From Acidobacteriota bacterium (lineage in GTDB: Bacteria > Acidobacteriota > Vicinamibacteria > Vicinamibacterales > 2-12-FULL-66-21): a DNA stretch of 64,000 nucleotides. The notes beneath the pieces are model-generated. The model saw only the letters and a program-made list of their open reading frames with translations, was not told the DNA's origin and did no database searches. This document shows positions 9,689 through 23,332 of the stretch, in pieces (position 1 is the stretch's first letter; every line of letters begins with the position of its first letter). The stretch lies in the NCBI GenBank assembly GCA_046726015.1, contig JBKOZS010000054.1, forward strand, positions 460 through 64,459, read 5' to 3'. Position numbers and translations under genes: made by a program.

Positions 9689-10623
9689 CTAGCGCACGGC
9701 GGCTTGCTGCATGAGGCGGTTCGTTTCTTCAGGGGTCGGCACGCCGTTGATGGCGCCCAGGCGGGTGCAGCTCAATCCAGCGGCGGCGTTGGCGAAGCGC
9801 AGCATGTCGTGCGGCCCGTCGCCGCGCAGCAGCGCGACAATCAGCGCACCGCGGAAGACGTCACCGGCGCCGGTCGTATCGACGGCGTCGATCACGAACG
9901 CCGGCTCCCGGTAAATCCGGTCACCGTCCAGCAGGATGGCGCCGCGCGGCCCGAGCGTCACGCACATGCGTCCGTCGTTCAACCGGCGCAGCTTGCGGAG
10001 GGCGCGCTCGAAGTCCGCCTCACCCGTCAGGGCCTTCGGCACGTGTTCCGCAAACATCGGCATTGTCACGGCGGCAACGAGCTCCTCGGTGCGCGGAGTC
10101 AGCCGATCGATGTCGCTGGTCACGATGACGCCTGCGTCGCGCGCGATGAGCGCCGCGCGAATTGCCGCATCCTGGTCGACGTCGTCCACGTGGACGACGC
10201 GTGCGGCGGTCAGGATTTCGGGAGGCAGTTCGCGCGGGCGGAGCGCAAGCCCTTCATGCCGGTCCCAGAGGACGATGCGTTCGCCTGCCTGCTCGTCTAC
10301 CATGATGACGGCGAACTGGTTGGTGACGTCGCGGATGACGGCGTCCGTCATGTCGACATCGCGGCGCACGAGCTCGTCGCGCAGACGACGCCCGTTGTCG
10401 TCGGTTCCTGTCGCGCCGATGTACTTCGTCCGCAGGCCCATCGCGGTGCAGGTGCACAGGGCCGTCGCCACCTGTCCGCCACAGGACAGCGAGTGGCTGC
10501 TGATCCGCATCTTCGCGTTGGGGCCGTCGCGCTCGGGATAGGCGGGGAGCTGATAGACGTAGTCGACCGAGTTGGCGCCGACGCCAACCACGTCGAAGAC
10601 CGCGCCTATCTGCGAAGGATCCA

Positions 10624-10624
<1 letters not shown>
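9689..10624 (-). CDS. PfkB-family carbohydrate/nucleoside kinase
   Basis: 311 aa with the DTTGAGD motif near the C-terminus and a GG dipeptide region. Its start shares 1 nt with the carB stop (TGATG). Confidence 0.85.
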
Positions 10625-13911
<3,287 letters not shown>

Positions 13912-13913
13912 GC

Positions 13914-15038
13914 TTACGCGCGCTTCTCCATCTCTTCGACGAACTGCTTGAAGAGGTAATCCGCGTCGTGCGGACCGGGCGAGGCCTCCGGGTGGTACTG
14001 GACGCAGAACAGTGGCTTGGTCTTGTGACGCAGCCCCTCGACCGTGCCGTCGTACAAGTTGACGTGCGTGACAGCGACGTCCGAGGGCAGCGAATCAGGA
14101 TCGACCGCGAAGCCGTGATTCTGCGAGGTGATCTCGACTTTCCCCGACTCGAGTTCCTTCACCGGATGGTTTGCGCCGCGGTGACCGAACTTCAACTTGT
14201 AGGTCTGGCCTCCCATCGCGAGCGAGAGGATCTGGTGACCGAGACAGATACCGAACGTGGCGACGTTCGCGTCCACCAGTTGCTTCGCGTGGCCGATCGC
14301 GTACGACAGCGCCGCGGGATCGCCAGGCCCGTTGCTGAGAAACACGCCGTCAGGTTTGGTCGCCAGGAGATCCGACGGAGGCGCGGTCGCTGGAAACACG
14401 GTGACGTCGCACCCGTAGGCGGTGAAGCGTCGCAGGATGTTCCACTTCATCCCGAAGTCGTACGCCGCGACGCGCAGGTTGCGCCGCGCGCGCCGCTGCG
14501 GTGCGGGGCGGAACTCATCGCTCGTCCCGGTTGGTGTCCATTCGAACGGCCGCTCGCACGTGACGCCGAGCACCAGGTCCGAACCCTCCATCTGCGGCAG
14601 GCCCTGCGCGCGGTCGACCAGCTCCCGGGGATCGGCGTCGCCGGTCGCGATGACGCCGCGCATGACGCCGGCCGAGCGCAGCACGCGCGTGAGCGCGCGG
14701 GTGTCGATGTCGGAGATCGCGACGATGTTGTTGGCGACGAGGTAGTCGCGTAGCGTGGCGTTCGCGCGCCAGTTGCTCGCGATTGGCGATTCATCACGAA
14801 TGATGAAGCCGGCGACCTGCGGCGCGCGCGATTCCTGGTCGTCGGGCGCGACGCCGTAATTGCCCATCTCCGGCGCCGTCATCGTGACGATCTGCCCGGC
14901 GTAAGAGGGGTCGGTGAGCACTTCCTGGTAGCCGGTCATGCTGGTGTTGAACACGACTTCGCCGCCGGTTTCACCGGTGGCGCCTGCCGCCTCCCCTTCG
15001 TACCAGTTGCCGTTTTCAAGCGCGAGTATGGCTTTCAT
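13914..15038 (-). CDS. carA: carbamoyl-phosphate synthase small (glutaminase) subunit
   Basis: 374 aa with the GICLGHQ active-site Cys motif and HGFAV..QYHPE. Confidence 0.97.
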   Translation of the reverse strand: MKAILALENGNWYEGEAAGATGETGGEVVFNTSMTGYQEVLTDPSYAGQIVTMTAPEMGNYGVAPDDQESRAPQVAGFIIRDESPIASNWRANATLRDYLVANNIVAISDIDTRALTRVLRSAGVMRGVIATGDADPRELVDRAQGLPQMEGSDLVLGVTCERPFEWTPTGTSDEFRPAPQRRARRNLRVAAYDFGMKWNILRRFTAYGCDVTVFPATAPPSDLLATKPDGVFLSNGPGDPAALSYAIGHAKQLVDANVATFGICLGHQILSLAMGGQTYKLKFGHRGANHPVKELESGKVEITSQNHGFAVDPDSLPSDVAVTHVNLYDGTVEGLRHKTKPLFCVQYHPEASPGPHDADYLFKQFVEEMEKRA

Positions 15039-17200
15039 TGCAGTTGGAAACGTTCGAGAGAGCCGGTCACGCGGCGGACCTCACCCGCCGTGACCGTGGC
15101 CGTGGAGAACCACGGCTTGTGTTCCGCCAGTTCGATTCGCACGACATGCGTGCCGATCGGCACGCCGGGCAAACGAAGCGGCGTTCTGCCGACGACCTTG
15201 CCGTCGAGCAGCACGTTGGCTCCCTGCGGCCGTGAATCCACGAACAGCTCGCCGGTGTAGCCGGCCTGGCCTGGCGGCGCGCTTGCCGGCGGTCTCGCCG
15301 ATGGCGCTGGGCGCTGGGGCGCGGACGACGAGGCGGCGCGGGTCTCGCGCTGCAGGCGGAGGTCGACGGTGCGCGCCGTCGAGCGCGAGTTCAACGTCAC
15401 TTCTTCCCGTGCGACCTGGTAGCCGTCCTGCACGACACGCAGGTTGTAATTCCCGAACGGAAGATTCTCGAGCGTGAGCGGCGTGCGGCCACGCCACTGG
15501 CCGTTGACCGTCACGTTCGCCCGCGATGGCGTCGATCGCACGACCAGCCGTCCGCGTGTCACTGCTGGTGCTTCGGATCGCGTCGGCGTCGCGGGCGCGG
15601 TGCGCGACGCGGGCGGACCGGCGGCAGCCGTCTCGTCCGGCACCGCGGGCGCTTCAGTTGGCGGCGCCGGCGACTGGGTTTTCGAGACTGCCTGCTCGCT
15701 CCACTGCCGCGCATTGCGATTCGCGCTGGTGCCGGTTGGCGCACCCGCATCCCGCGTCGCGGCGGCTGACGTGCTGTCGGGCGCCACCCGCGCGCCGCTA
15801 CCGACGAAATATCCCGCCGCAAACCCGCCGAGCAGTCCCATCACCAGTGTGATGGCGATCGGCAACACCGCCGGTCGCGATCGTTCCGGCACATCGCTGC
15901 TCTCCGGCTGATACGCGGACTCCGGCGTGGCGTATGACGGCTCCGATGGCGTGTAGAGCGGCGCGGTGTCTGCGCGGGTCTCATAGGAGGCTTCGAGCGG
16001 ACGGCGTGCGTCCGCTTCCGCGTGCTGCGCCTCGACGAAATCGTCCGCGAACCGTCCGGTGTCGTCGGCCCGTACGAACGAATCATCAATCGGATGTGTT
16101 CGGCCAGTCGATTCCGGTTCCTCGAAATTCACCAGCGCGGGTTCTTCAGCCGCCTCATCCTCGATTGCCGCGTGTACCGGATCCAGTTCATCTTCGACGG
16201 TGAACTCGCCCGGTGTAACCGCCGTCGGCAGGCTGACCACCGGTTCCGGCGTTCGGACTGCCGGCTCAGGGGTCGGATCTGGAAAATCAGCAACCTGCGG
16301 CTCGGGGCTTGCCTCGATCGAGTCGGGACTGTCGACCGATGCGCCTTCGTCGCTGCGCGACTCCCACTTTCGCGCGTCGCGCTCCGGCGGGGCAGGCGGC
16401 GAGACAGGCGGCGGTTCTGTCGCCGCAATCACCGCCACCGTCGCCACCGCATCCGTAATCGACGTGCCACGTGCGGCCGACTCGAGCGCGCTCGCGAACC
16501 CCAGCGCATTGCCATAACGCCGCGCGGGATCTTCGTCCATGGCGCGGGCGAGCACGTTTCGAATTGCCTCGGCATGTTGACCGGCGTCGGACCCAATGGA
16601 TCCAATCTGCGCACCGGTGCCGGCGGGACGCCGTCCGGTCAGGAGCTCGAAGGCAATCGCCGCGAGCGCAAACACATCGGCGGGTGTGCTCCACTCGGCG
16701 CCCGCGATCCGTTCCGGCGCGCTGTAAGGTCGGCGGACAGGTGCGCGGATGCCAATGCGCTCAATGGCTTCGGTCACACCAAAGCCGGTGGCGCGGGCTT
16801 CATCGGGGGTGACAAAAATGTCCCGTGGGTGGAGCGCGCCGTGACCGACTCCCGCCGCGCGCGCGAAGTCGATCGCGCCCGCGAGTTGTGTGATGAACGG
16901 GAGCACCTTCTCGATCGGGGCCGGCGCATAGTGGCGCATCGCGACGTCGAGCGACTCCGCGGCCACGTACTCTTCGGCGCGATAGGCGACGGTCCCTTCG
17001 ATGCCGGCCGCAATGGGCTCGACGATGGACGGATGGAACAGTCCGACTTCGGTAGCCCGGCTCAGCTCGTCGGCCAGCGCCTGCGCAGCTTCTGGAATGA
17101 TGTCGAGGCGGAACACTTTGACGGCGACCAGGCGGTCGCGCGTCGGCTCATACGTGCGGAACACGGGACCAAGCGCGCCAACGCCAATCTGGTGCAGCAC
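15035..17200 (-). CDS. membrane-anchored Ser/Thr-kinase-like protein (predicted pseudokinase) with Pro/Ala-rich linker and two C-terminal PEGA domains
   Basis: 721 aa. N-terminal Hanks-type fold ([20 protein letters not shown]) but HGALHPRD replaces HRDLKPxN and GFG replaces DFG. TM segment [28 protein letters not shown]-like repeats ([16 protein letters not shown].., [16 protein letters not shown]..). ATGA overlap with the carA start. Confidence 0.8.
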   Translation of the reverse strand: MLHQIGVGALGPVFRTYEPTRDRLVAVKVFRLDIIPEAAQALADELSRATEVGLFHPSIVEPIAAGIEGTVAYRAEEYVAAESLDVAMRHYAPAPIEKVLPFITQLAGAIDFARAAGVGHGALHPRDIFVTPDEARATGFGVTEAIERIGIRAPVRRPYSAPERIAGAEWSTPADVFALAAIAFELLTGRRPAGTGAQIGSIGSDAGQHAEAIRNVLARAMDEDPARRYGNALGFASALESAARGTSITDAVATVAVIAATEPPPVSPPAPPERDARKWESRSDEGASVDSPDSIEASPEPQVADFPDPTPEPAVRTPEPVVSLPTAVTPGEFTVEDELDPVHAAIEDEAAEEPALVNFEEPESTGRTHPIDDSFVRADDTGRFADDFVEAQHAEADARRPLEASYETRADTAPLYTPSEPSYATPESAYQPESSDVPERSRPAVLPIAITLVMGLLGGFAAGYFVGSGARVAPDSTSAAATRDAGAPTGTSANRNARQWSEQAVSKTQSPAPPTEAPAVPDETAAAGPPASRTAPATPTRSEAPAVTRGRLVVRSTPSRANVTVNGQWRGRTPLTLENLPFGNYNLRVVQDGYQVAREEVTLNSRSTARTVDLRLQRETRAASSSAPQRPAPSARPPASAPPGQAGYTGELFVDSRPQGANVLLDGKVVGRTPLRLPGVPIGTHVVRIELAEHKPWFSTATVTAGEVRRVTGSLERFQLQ

Positions 17201-17406
17201 CCGAAAGGGGCCGAACGCAGGTGGCGGCGAAAATGCGTGCTGGTCCTCTCTGGTCAGCGGACGGATCTCCTCGGCAGGATCGATCCGAATGTAACATGAA
17301 TCGAGCGCTGGGTCTGCCTTAAGACGACCCGCATGGTCCGGCTAACAGCCGGCTTCACGGCCGCGCGGGATCCTCGCTGCGCACCGCGGCGTCAGAGGCG
17401 GATGAG

Positions 17407-19128
17407 ATGCCGCGCCGCCTTGACAGCTTTCCAAACCCTCTGAGAGAGTACGACACAGTGTCCGCGGAATCCGCCGCTCCTCCCTCCACTGAACCCGCGG
17501 GCCGCCTGCGAGCCTCTGCCGTTGACGTGCGCCGGTTTCCATGGGTACGACCGCTCGCGGGGGATTACGCCTACAACTACGCTCACGTCGACGGGCTCTA
17601 CGTCGGCGATCCAAAAGATCCAGAAGCGTGGAACGCGGCGATCGCGCGCACGCAACAGCACAATCGCAACCGCGAGGCCGTCGCGACAGTCATCCGCGCG
17701 CAGCAGGAAGAGCGGGGCGCTCCGCACGCGGCACGCGAAGCGGGCGCGAAGCTCGCAAATCGCGCCACCGTCGCCATCGTCACCGGCCAGCAGGCAGGCG
17801 CGTTCGGCGGACCGCTGTTTACGCTCCTGAAGGCAGTCACGGCACTGCAACTCGCGCGACGTACCGCGCGGAATCACGACGTCCCGGCCGTCGCAGTGTT
17901 CTGGGTCGATGCGGAAGATCACGATTGGGAGGAAGTGCGAAGCTGTACGGTGCTCGACGCGGAGTACCAGCCGCGCACCGTCACGCTTTCATCCCCTGAA
18001 GGGGCGGGAGAGCTGCCGGTCGCATCGCTGACGCTGGACGAGCGCGTCGAGCAGGCCATCGCGGAACTCAAGACCGTTCTCCTGCAGACAGAATTCACGC
18101 CGGATGTCATCGATGGATTAACCAGGACCTGGTGTGCAGGAACCGGGATGGCACGCGCGTTTGCGGCGTGGCTGGAACGTTTGCTCGGGCCTTATGGGCT
18201 GATCGTGTTCGAATCGGCGGATCCCGCGGCGAAGCCGCTCGCGGGCGAAGTCTTCACTCGCGAGCTCGCGTCGCCCGGCCGTACCGCCGCACTCGCCGCT
18301 GACGCAGGCAACAGGCTCGCGTCGCGTGGCCACACCCCGCAGGTCCTCCCACAGCACGACAGTCTCTCATTGTTCCGCCTCGATCACGGCCGCCGTCCCA
18401 TTCGACGGCAGGGTTCCGATTACGTTGCCGGCGACGAAGTGTTTTCGGCCGATGCCCTGGCGCGAGAGGCCGCCGCACATCCCGAAGGGTTCAGCCCGAA
18501 CGTGCTCCTCCGGCCAATCGTGCAGGACACGCTCTTGCCCACCATCTGCTACGTCGCGGGCCCGAGCGAGCTCGCGTACCTCGGGCAGCTTCGCGGCGTT
18601 TACGAACAGTTCGGCGTGCCGATGCCGCTGATGTATCCGCGGGCCACCGCGACGCTGCTCGATTCCGGGGCATCACGGTTCTTGTCGAAGTACGGATTGG
18701 CGCTCGAGGATCTACAGCCGCAGGATGAATCAGCGCTGAACCGGCTGCTGGCCTCGCAGCTCCCGGCGGAGGTCGAACAGGCGCTCCGCGATGCCTCGAC
18801 ACAGATTGAACAGGCGATGAAGCGCGTGATCGACGCGCTTCCCGCGCTCGATCCAACCCTGGCGGGCGCGGCGAAGACGACGCTTGGCAAGATGCAGCAT
18901 GAGCTGCGCTCGCTTCATAACAAGGTGATCCACGCAGCGAAGAAGCGCGATGAAACATTGCGCCGTCAGTTCATGCGCGCGCAGGCGCAGGCCTTTCCAC
19001 ACGGGCAACCGCAGGAACGCGTCCTTGGCGTCGTCTATTTCCTGGACAAGTACGGACCCGCGCTGGTCGATCTGCTGATCACCGAGCTTCCGCTCGACAT
19101 GGGGAAGCACTGGGTGATTGCACTGTGA
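17407..19128 (+). CDS. bshC: bacillithiol biosynthesis cysteine-adding enzyme BshC
   Basis: About 560 aa. The FWVDAEDHDWEEV block and overall length and architecture match the BshC/YllA family as I recall it. The start is uncertain (ATG 17407 or in-frame GTG 17458). Confidence 0.75.
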   Translation: MPRRLDSFPNPLREYDTVSAESAAPPSTEPAGRLRASAVDVRRFPWVRPLAGDYAYNYAHVDGLYVGDPKDPEAWNAAIARTQQHNRNREAVATVIRAQQEERGAPHAAREAGAKLANRATVAIVTGQQAGAFGGPLFTLLKAVTALQLARRTARNHDVPAVAVFWVDAEDHDWEEVRSCTVLDAEYQPRTVTLSSPEGAGELPVASLTLDERVEQAIAELKTVLLQTEFTPDVIDGLTRTWCAGTGMARAFAAWLERLLGPYGLIVFESADPAAKPLAGEVFTRELASPGRTAALAADAGNRLASRGHTPQVLPQHDSLSLFRLDHGRRPIRRQGSDYVAGDEVFSADALAREAAAHPEGFSPNVLLRPIVQDTLLPTICYVAGPSELAYLGQLRGVYEQFGVPMPLMYPRATATLLDSGASRFLSKYGLALEDLQPQDESALNRLLASQLPAEVEQALRDASTQIEQAMKRVIDALPALDPTLAGAAKTTLGKMQHELRSLHNKVIHAAKKRDETLRRQFMRAQAQAFPHGQPQERVLGVVYFLDKYGPALVDLLITELPLDMGKHWVIAL

Positions 19129-19245
19129 CTCGGCTCAAGGCTCAGGGCTCAAGGCTGGCTCAGGGCTTAATTTAAGACTTACGGCTTAAGCCGGCGCGTG
19201 CCTTGAGTCGCGGCCTGAGCCATGAGTCATAAGCCATGAGCCGAG
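19129..19245. repeat. 117-nt imperfect palindrome of GCTCARG units / CYTGAGC units filling the whole spacer between convergent bshC and the ArgH-like gene (candidate bidirectional terminator)
   Basis: CTCGGCTCAAGGCTCAGGGCTCAAGGCTGGCTCAGGGCTTAA...TTAAGCC..GCCTTGAGTCGCGGCCTGAGCCATGAGTCATAAGCCATGAGCCGAG. It runs from stop codon to stop codon. Confidence 0.8.
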
Positions 19246-20700
19246 TCACAGCGAAGCGCTCACCTCCTTCAGCTGCGTCTCCGCTCGGCGCAGCTTCTCC
19301 CGCGTCGCGCGCAGCCACTCTTCATCGGCGCGAAGCGACTCCTGCGACACGCCGATGGCCCGCGATGTCTCGGACGGCGCCGGACCGCCGTGCGTTTTCC
19401 GAACCGCGACGAAGTGCTGCGGACTGAGCATCTCCGCGAGCGCGGCCTCGTCGTAGACGATCTCACGACCTGTCACCGCCTTTGACACTTCCCTCAGCGC
19501 GACCGACAGCGTACGCTCGGGCGACGTCCGTGCGCTTGCGATGAGGCGCGACGCAATGGCATGCCCGGCTTTGAACGGGAGGCCGTGATCGCGCGCGAGC
19601 GTGTCGGCGAGCTCGGTGACGGTAATCCATCCCTGCTCCGCGCGCGCGGCAAGCCTGGCGACGTCGAACTCTGCATGCTCCATTGCCGCGGCGACGAGCG
19701 CGACCGCACGCGCGGCATCCTTGAACATCTGCGCGACGAGCGGCTGCAGATCGTCTTCGGTGTCGACGATGTCCCCGAACGGGGTGTTATGAACAGACAG
19801 GACGATGGCGGACGCCTGGCCGAGCGCCTTGCTGCCAATCGCCCGGGCGTGCTCGAGCGCCACCGGATTGCGCTTCTGCGGCATGATGCTGCTGCACTGG
19901 ACGAACGCGTCCGAGAGGCGCAGGTAGCCAACCTCATTCGTGCACCAGAGGAGGAGGTCCTGCACGACACGTCCAAGCCCCGCGAGCAGCACGGCTGCGG
20001 CGCTGACGCTCTCGAGCAGGTAATCGACGGTGGCAATGCTGCCGTAGGTATTGCCGGTCATCGCATCGAACCCAAGCAGCACCGTCGTGCGCGCGCGATC
20101 GATTGGAAACCCGGTGCCCGTAATCGCGCACGACCCCAGCGGATTCTGGTTCGTGCTGGCATACGCCGCGCGCAGGCGCACCGTGTCGCGTTCGAGCTGC
20201 TCGATGACGGCCAGCAAGTAGTGCGCGATGGTCGACGGCTGCGCCGGCTGCGTGTGCGTGTGTGCCGCGAACACGTGCTCGCGATGCCTTCCGGCAAGCG
20301 CGAGCAGCACGCGACGCAGCGCCAGCGCTCCCTCGACGACCGCGAGAATCATTTCCCGCTGCTGCATCCGGTACATCGTCATGTCGATGTCGTTGCGCGA
20401 GCGTGCGGTGTGCAGGCGGCCCGCGGCGTCTTCGCCGCAGCACTGGACGATTAAGCGATCCAGGTAGAAGAACAGGTCCTCGTACGTCCCGTCGTACTGG
20501 ACCTTGCGCACGTCATCGATTGAGAGGTGGTCCAGCGCGTCACGAATGGCGCGCGCTTCTTCGCGTTTCACGATGCCCTGCTCGGCGAGCATCGCCAGGT
20601 GCGCGTAGTTGATGGACATCAGCGGCCCCAGGAAGAGCGCTTTTGCGTCCTCGAAGTTCTCGTTCAGCACGAGGCGGACGTATTCGGGGGAAAAGCGCAC
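19246..20700 (-). CDS. argininosuccinate lyase family protein (divergent ArgH-like fumarate-lyase superfamily member)
   Basis: 484 aa. Has GRLHTARSRND and SSIMPQKRNP signature-like blocks. It lacks the usual N-terminal WGGRF region, and CSS replaces GSS in the signature loop. GTG start 1 nt after the PIG-L gene stop. Confidence 0.8.
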   Translation of the reverse strand: MRFSPEYVRLVLNENFEDAKALFLGPLMSINYAHLAMLAEQGIVKREEARAIRDALDHLSIDDVRKVQYDGTYEDLFFYLDRLIVQCCGEDAAGRLHTARSRNDIDMTMYRMQQREMILAVVEGALALRRVLLALAGRHREHVFAAHTHTQPAQPSTIAHYLLAVIEQLERDTVRLRAAYASTNQNPLGSCAITGTGFPIDRARTTVLLGFDAMTGNTYGSIATVDYLLESVSAAAVLLAGLGRVVQDLLLWCTNEVGYLRLSDAFVQCSSIMPQKRNPVALEHARAIGSKALGQASAIVLSVHNTPFGDIVDTEDDLQPLVAQMFKDAARAVALVAAAMEHAEFDVARLAARAEQGWITVTELADTLARDHGLPFKAGHAIASRLIASARTSPERTLSVALREVSKAVTGREIVYDEAALAEMLSPQHFVAVRKTHGGPAPSETSRAIGVSQESLRADEEWLRATREKLRRAETQLKEVSASL

Positions 20701-20701
20701 G

Positions 20702-23332
20702 CTACTTCCGCTTTCCAGACGACAGGAGGTTGGCCATCAGCCGATATGCGCCGTCGACGCCGGCAGGAAGTTGACGCCAGAGCGCGAGACCGACGTAAAT
20801 CCATCGGCCTTTGCCGACGCGAGCCTCGACGAGTGCGCCGGTCTTGACGCCCGCATTGTAGGGGAACGGGTCCCGCGAACGCACGAGATCCACGTAGCGT
20901 TGATCTTTTTGTCCCAGGAAGTACAGGCCGCGCTCCTGGACCCAGCCTTCCCACGCATCGGGACCGATGCGGTTCGGCGTCGTGAAGACCGGATTGTCAG
21001 GGACGAGCACCTCGATCGGCGCGTTCTCGTCGGTCACGCGATCGGATGTGCTCCTGGCCGGGTACGGCCCGTATTGCACCTCGTTGAACTCGTTGCGCTG
21101 GTACTGAACGATGACGGTGCCGCCGTTCTCTGCGTATTGCAGGAGCCGCTGGTTGTTGGCACGCAGGTCGGGGCGCCGTTCGTACGCGCGCACGCCGATG
21201 ACGATCGCATCGAACTGCGAGAGGTCGCCGGACGCCAGCATGTCGGCGTCGATCATTTGCACGTAGGCTCCGAGCTGTTCGATCGCTTCAGGCACACGGT
21301 CGCCGACACCCATGATGTAGCCAACGCGAAGGCCGGGGGCGATGGCGACGTCCATCACCTTCGCGCGCGTTGCCGCCGGTTCGACAACGTGGCGGCGGTG
21401 AATGTGTGGATACTCGACCACCTGGTAGCCGAGATCCGACGGCGTCGCACCGCCGGTCGCAACAGCCTTCAGTACGTCTTCGCCAGGACGCGCGCCCTCG
21501 GGCGGACGCACCTTGAACGTGACGGTTGTCTCTTCGTCTTCGCGGACGAAGTGGACGGGCGCTGAGGCCGGTTGGATCTGCCAGCCAGCCGGGGCGGACA
21601 GCGACACCGCCGCGTCCGACGCTGTCTTCTGATTGTTGCCAACCGTCACCCGAACTTCATTGGTCCTGGTGGTGTTGACCGGAAAGACCGCGATGTCGGG
21701 ATCGACGCGTACGTTGAAAGGCGGCACGACCTGCAACTCAGACCGCTTCTCCCCCGCCATCACGTTCGAGTAACGGAACTCCACGACGCGCTCGACGTCA
21801 ACGCGTTCGCCGCGAACGTTCAGCCGAAAAGTCGCCATAAACGGCGAGGGACGGAACGGCACGCCGAACGGCACGTCCGGGTCGAAGTCGTATCGCGCCG
21901 CGTCGGTCCTCGGCTTCCAGTACGGCGTGGACAGGCCCGTGCGCGGCGGAACCGTCAGCAGCGCCTTGCACGACACGGTCTTCCCAGCCACGAGCGGACC
22001 GGCGCAGGCGGATGGCGGCGCACCGGCAAATCCTGCGAGCGTCACCGACTCGAGCCGCGGCTCCTCCGATGAATTCACCGCCGAATAGAGCGACACGTTC
22101 ACCTGCTGCCCGGGCACGACGCTGCCATCGTCCGCAAGCGCGTCGAGCCGGATAGCGGACGCAATCACGAGCGCGTCCTGGAACTGCCGCTCCTTCTGGC
22201 CGAGGCGCATATCGATTTCGTAGCGCGCGTCGGGACCAGTGTCGCTCGGAAGGTTCGCGCGAAGCGCTCGCACGGCGCGGAGTCCCGCGGCAAGCGGCGA
22301 GACGGCAGCAGAGGGACGACCCGTGACAAGCGCCTTCCGCGCCGCGCTCACCTGATCCGCGATCGCCTGGAGTGGCGTGACGAGTTCCGGCGGCCGAGTT
22401 CCGGTGAAACGAACGAGACCGACGAGCGACGTGTCGATGCCGCCGAACAACTGCGCTGGCGCCCGACCCGACTCGAGCTTCGAATCCTGCAGCTTGTAGG
22501 TGCGGTTCTGCGCCTGGCCCGGGAGCAGCAGCAACTGCGAGGTGCCCTGGCACTTGTGCATCGATCGCGCTTCGAGCCCGACCTCTGCGTAGGTGCGGCC
22601 AAGCACCGGGTCAAAGGCCGACACGTCCACCGTCAGCAAGTCGGGTGTTCGCGGCGGCGGATTTGGCATGAACGCGGAGACGTCGGTGCAGAAGATTCGC
22701 GACGCCTGCCACGGATGCAAACCTTCTTTAATCTGCTCCGGGTACTTCGCGGGATCGGCGGCAGCCGTATACGCCTCGAGCGTCAACTTCGCCGATGCCT
22801 GGTGATGCTGCCCGCCTCCTTCACCGCCGCACAGGAACCCCACGATGATGTCCGGCCGGATCGCACGGATGTGCCGCACGTAGTCGCCGACGATCTCGTC
22901 GTGCCCCCACTTCTGAATCGATTCGTCGACGCTGAACGAGAACCCGAAATCGACCGCGCGCGTGAAGTACTGTTCGGCGCCATCGAATCGGTGCACCGCG
23001 AGCAGTTCCTCGGTGCGCAACACGCCAAGCGCCTGGAACAGCTCGGGGCCGATCTCGTTCTGGCCGCCGTCACCGCGTGTTGCTGTTACGAGCGTCGCCC
23101 GCATGCCCTGGCCTTCGCCCAGCATCGCGAGCAGCGCATTGTCCTCGTCGTCCGGATGCGCATCGGTCTGCATGAACGTGCCGGTCGACGAGAGCTTCCG
23201 GAGCATCAGCTCGAGCGCGGCGACGTCGGGACGTTCGCCAACAGGAGCAACGCGGAGCTGGGCGGATGGTGTGGAGGTGACAAGAACGGCGGCCGCAAGG
23301 GCGGCCGCCGTGACGAGTGAACGATGGGACAT
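20702..23332 (-). CDS. secreted PIG-L/LmbE-family deacetylase fused to large beta-rich and GATase1/ThuA-like C-terminal regions
   Basis: 876 aa. Signal peptide (..AAAVLVTSTPSAQ). AHPDDED motif about 55 aa from the N-terminus. The start shares 1 nt with the TonB-receptor stop (TGATG). Confidence 0.85.
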   Translation of the reverse strand: MSHRSLVTAAALAAAVLVTSTPSAQLRVAPVGERPDVAALELMLRKLSSTGTFMQTDAHPDDEDNALLAMLGEGQGMRATLVTATRGDGGQNEIGPELFQALGVLRTEELLAVHRFDGAEQYFTRAVDFGFSFSVDESIQKWGHDEIVGDYVRHIRAIRPDIIVGFLCGGEGGGQHHQASAKLTLEAYTAAADPAKYPEQIKEGLHPWQASRIFCTDVSAFMPNPPPRTPDLLTVDVSAFDPVLGRTYAEVGLEARSMHKCQGTSQLLLLPGQAQNRTYKLQDSKLESGRAPAQLFGGIDTSLVGLVRFTGTRPPELVTPLQAIADQVSAARKALVTGRPSAAVSPLAAGLRAVRALRANLPSDTGPDARYEIDMRLGQKERQFQDALVIASAIRLDALADDGSVVPGQQVNVSLYSAVNSSEEPRLESVTLAGFAGAPPSACAGPLVAGKTVSCKALLTVPPRTGLSTPYWKPRTDAARYDFDPDVPFGVPFRPSPFMATFRLNVRGERVDVERVVEFRYSNVMAGEKRSELQVVPPFNVRVDPDIAVFPVNTTRTNEVRVTVGNNQKTASDAAVSLSAPAGWQIQPASAPVHFVREDEETTVTFKVRPPEGARPGEDVLKAVATGGATPSDLGYQVVEYPHIHRRHVVEPAATRAKVMDVAIAPGLRVGYIMGVGDRVPEAIEQLGAYVQMIDADMLASGDLSQFDAIVIGVRAYERRPDLRANNQRLLQYAENGGTVIVQYQRNEFNEVQYGPYPARSTSDRVTDENAPIEVLVPDNPVFTTPNRIGPDAWEGWVQERGLYFLGQKDQRYVDLVRSRDPFPYNAGVKTGALVEARVGKGRWIYVGLALWRQLPAGVDGAYRLMANLLSSGKRK

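Noticed and set aside
17420-17425. A perfect TTGACA hexamer inside the 5' end of the bshC ORF, and another at 45257-45262 just upstream of pilT, as -35 boxes.
   Set aside because: No acceptable -10 hexamer lies at 16-19 nt spacing in either case. The pilT copy lies only 3 nt from the start codon.
19246-20700. Calling this gene plain argH (arginine biosynthesis) because carAB is nearby.
   Set aside because: It is on a different transcription unit, coupled to a TonB receptor and a deacetylase. It deviates from canonical ArgH at the N-terminus and in the signature loop. I therefore report it only as ArgH-like.
20702-23332. The PIG-L/LmbE deacetylase as BshB, the partner of the nearby bshC in bacillithiol synthesis.
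   Set aside because: The protein is 876 aa with an N-terminal signal peptide, so it is predicted to be extracytoplasmic. It is stop-start coupled to a TonB receptor on the opposite strand from bshC. BshB enzymes are small cytoplasmic proteins.
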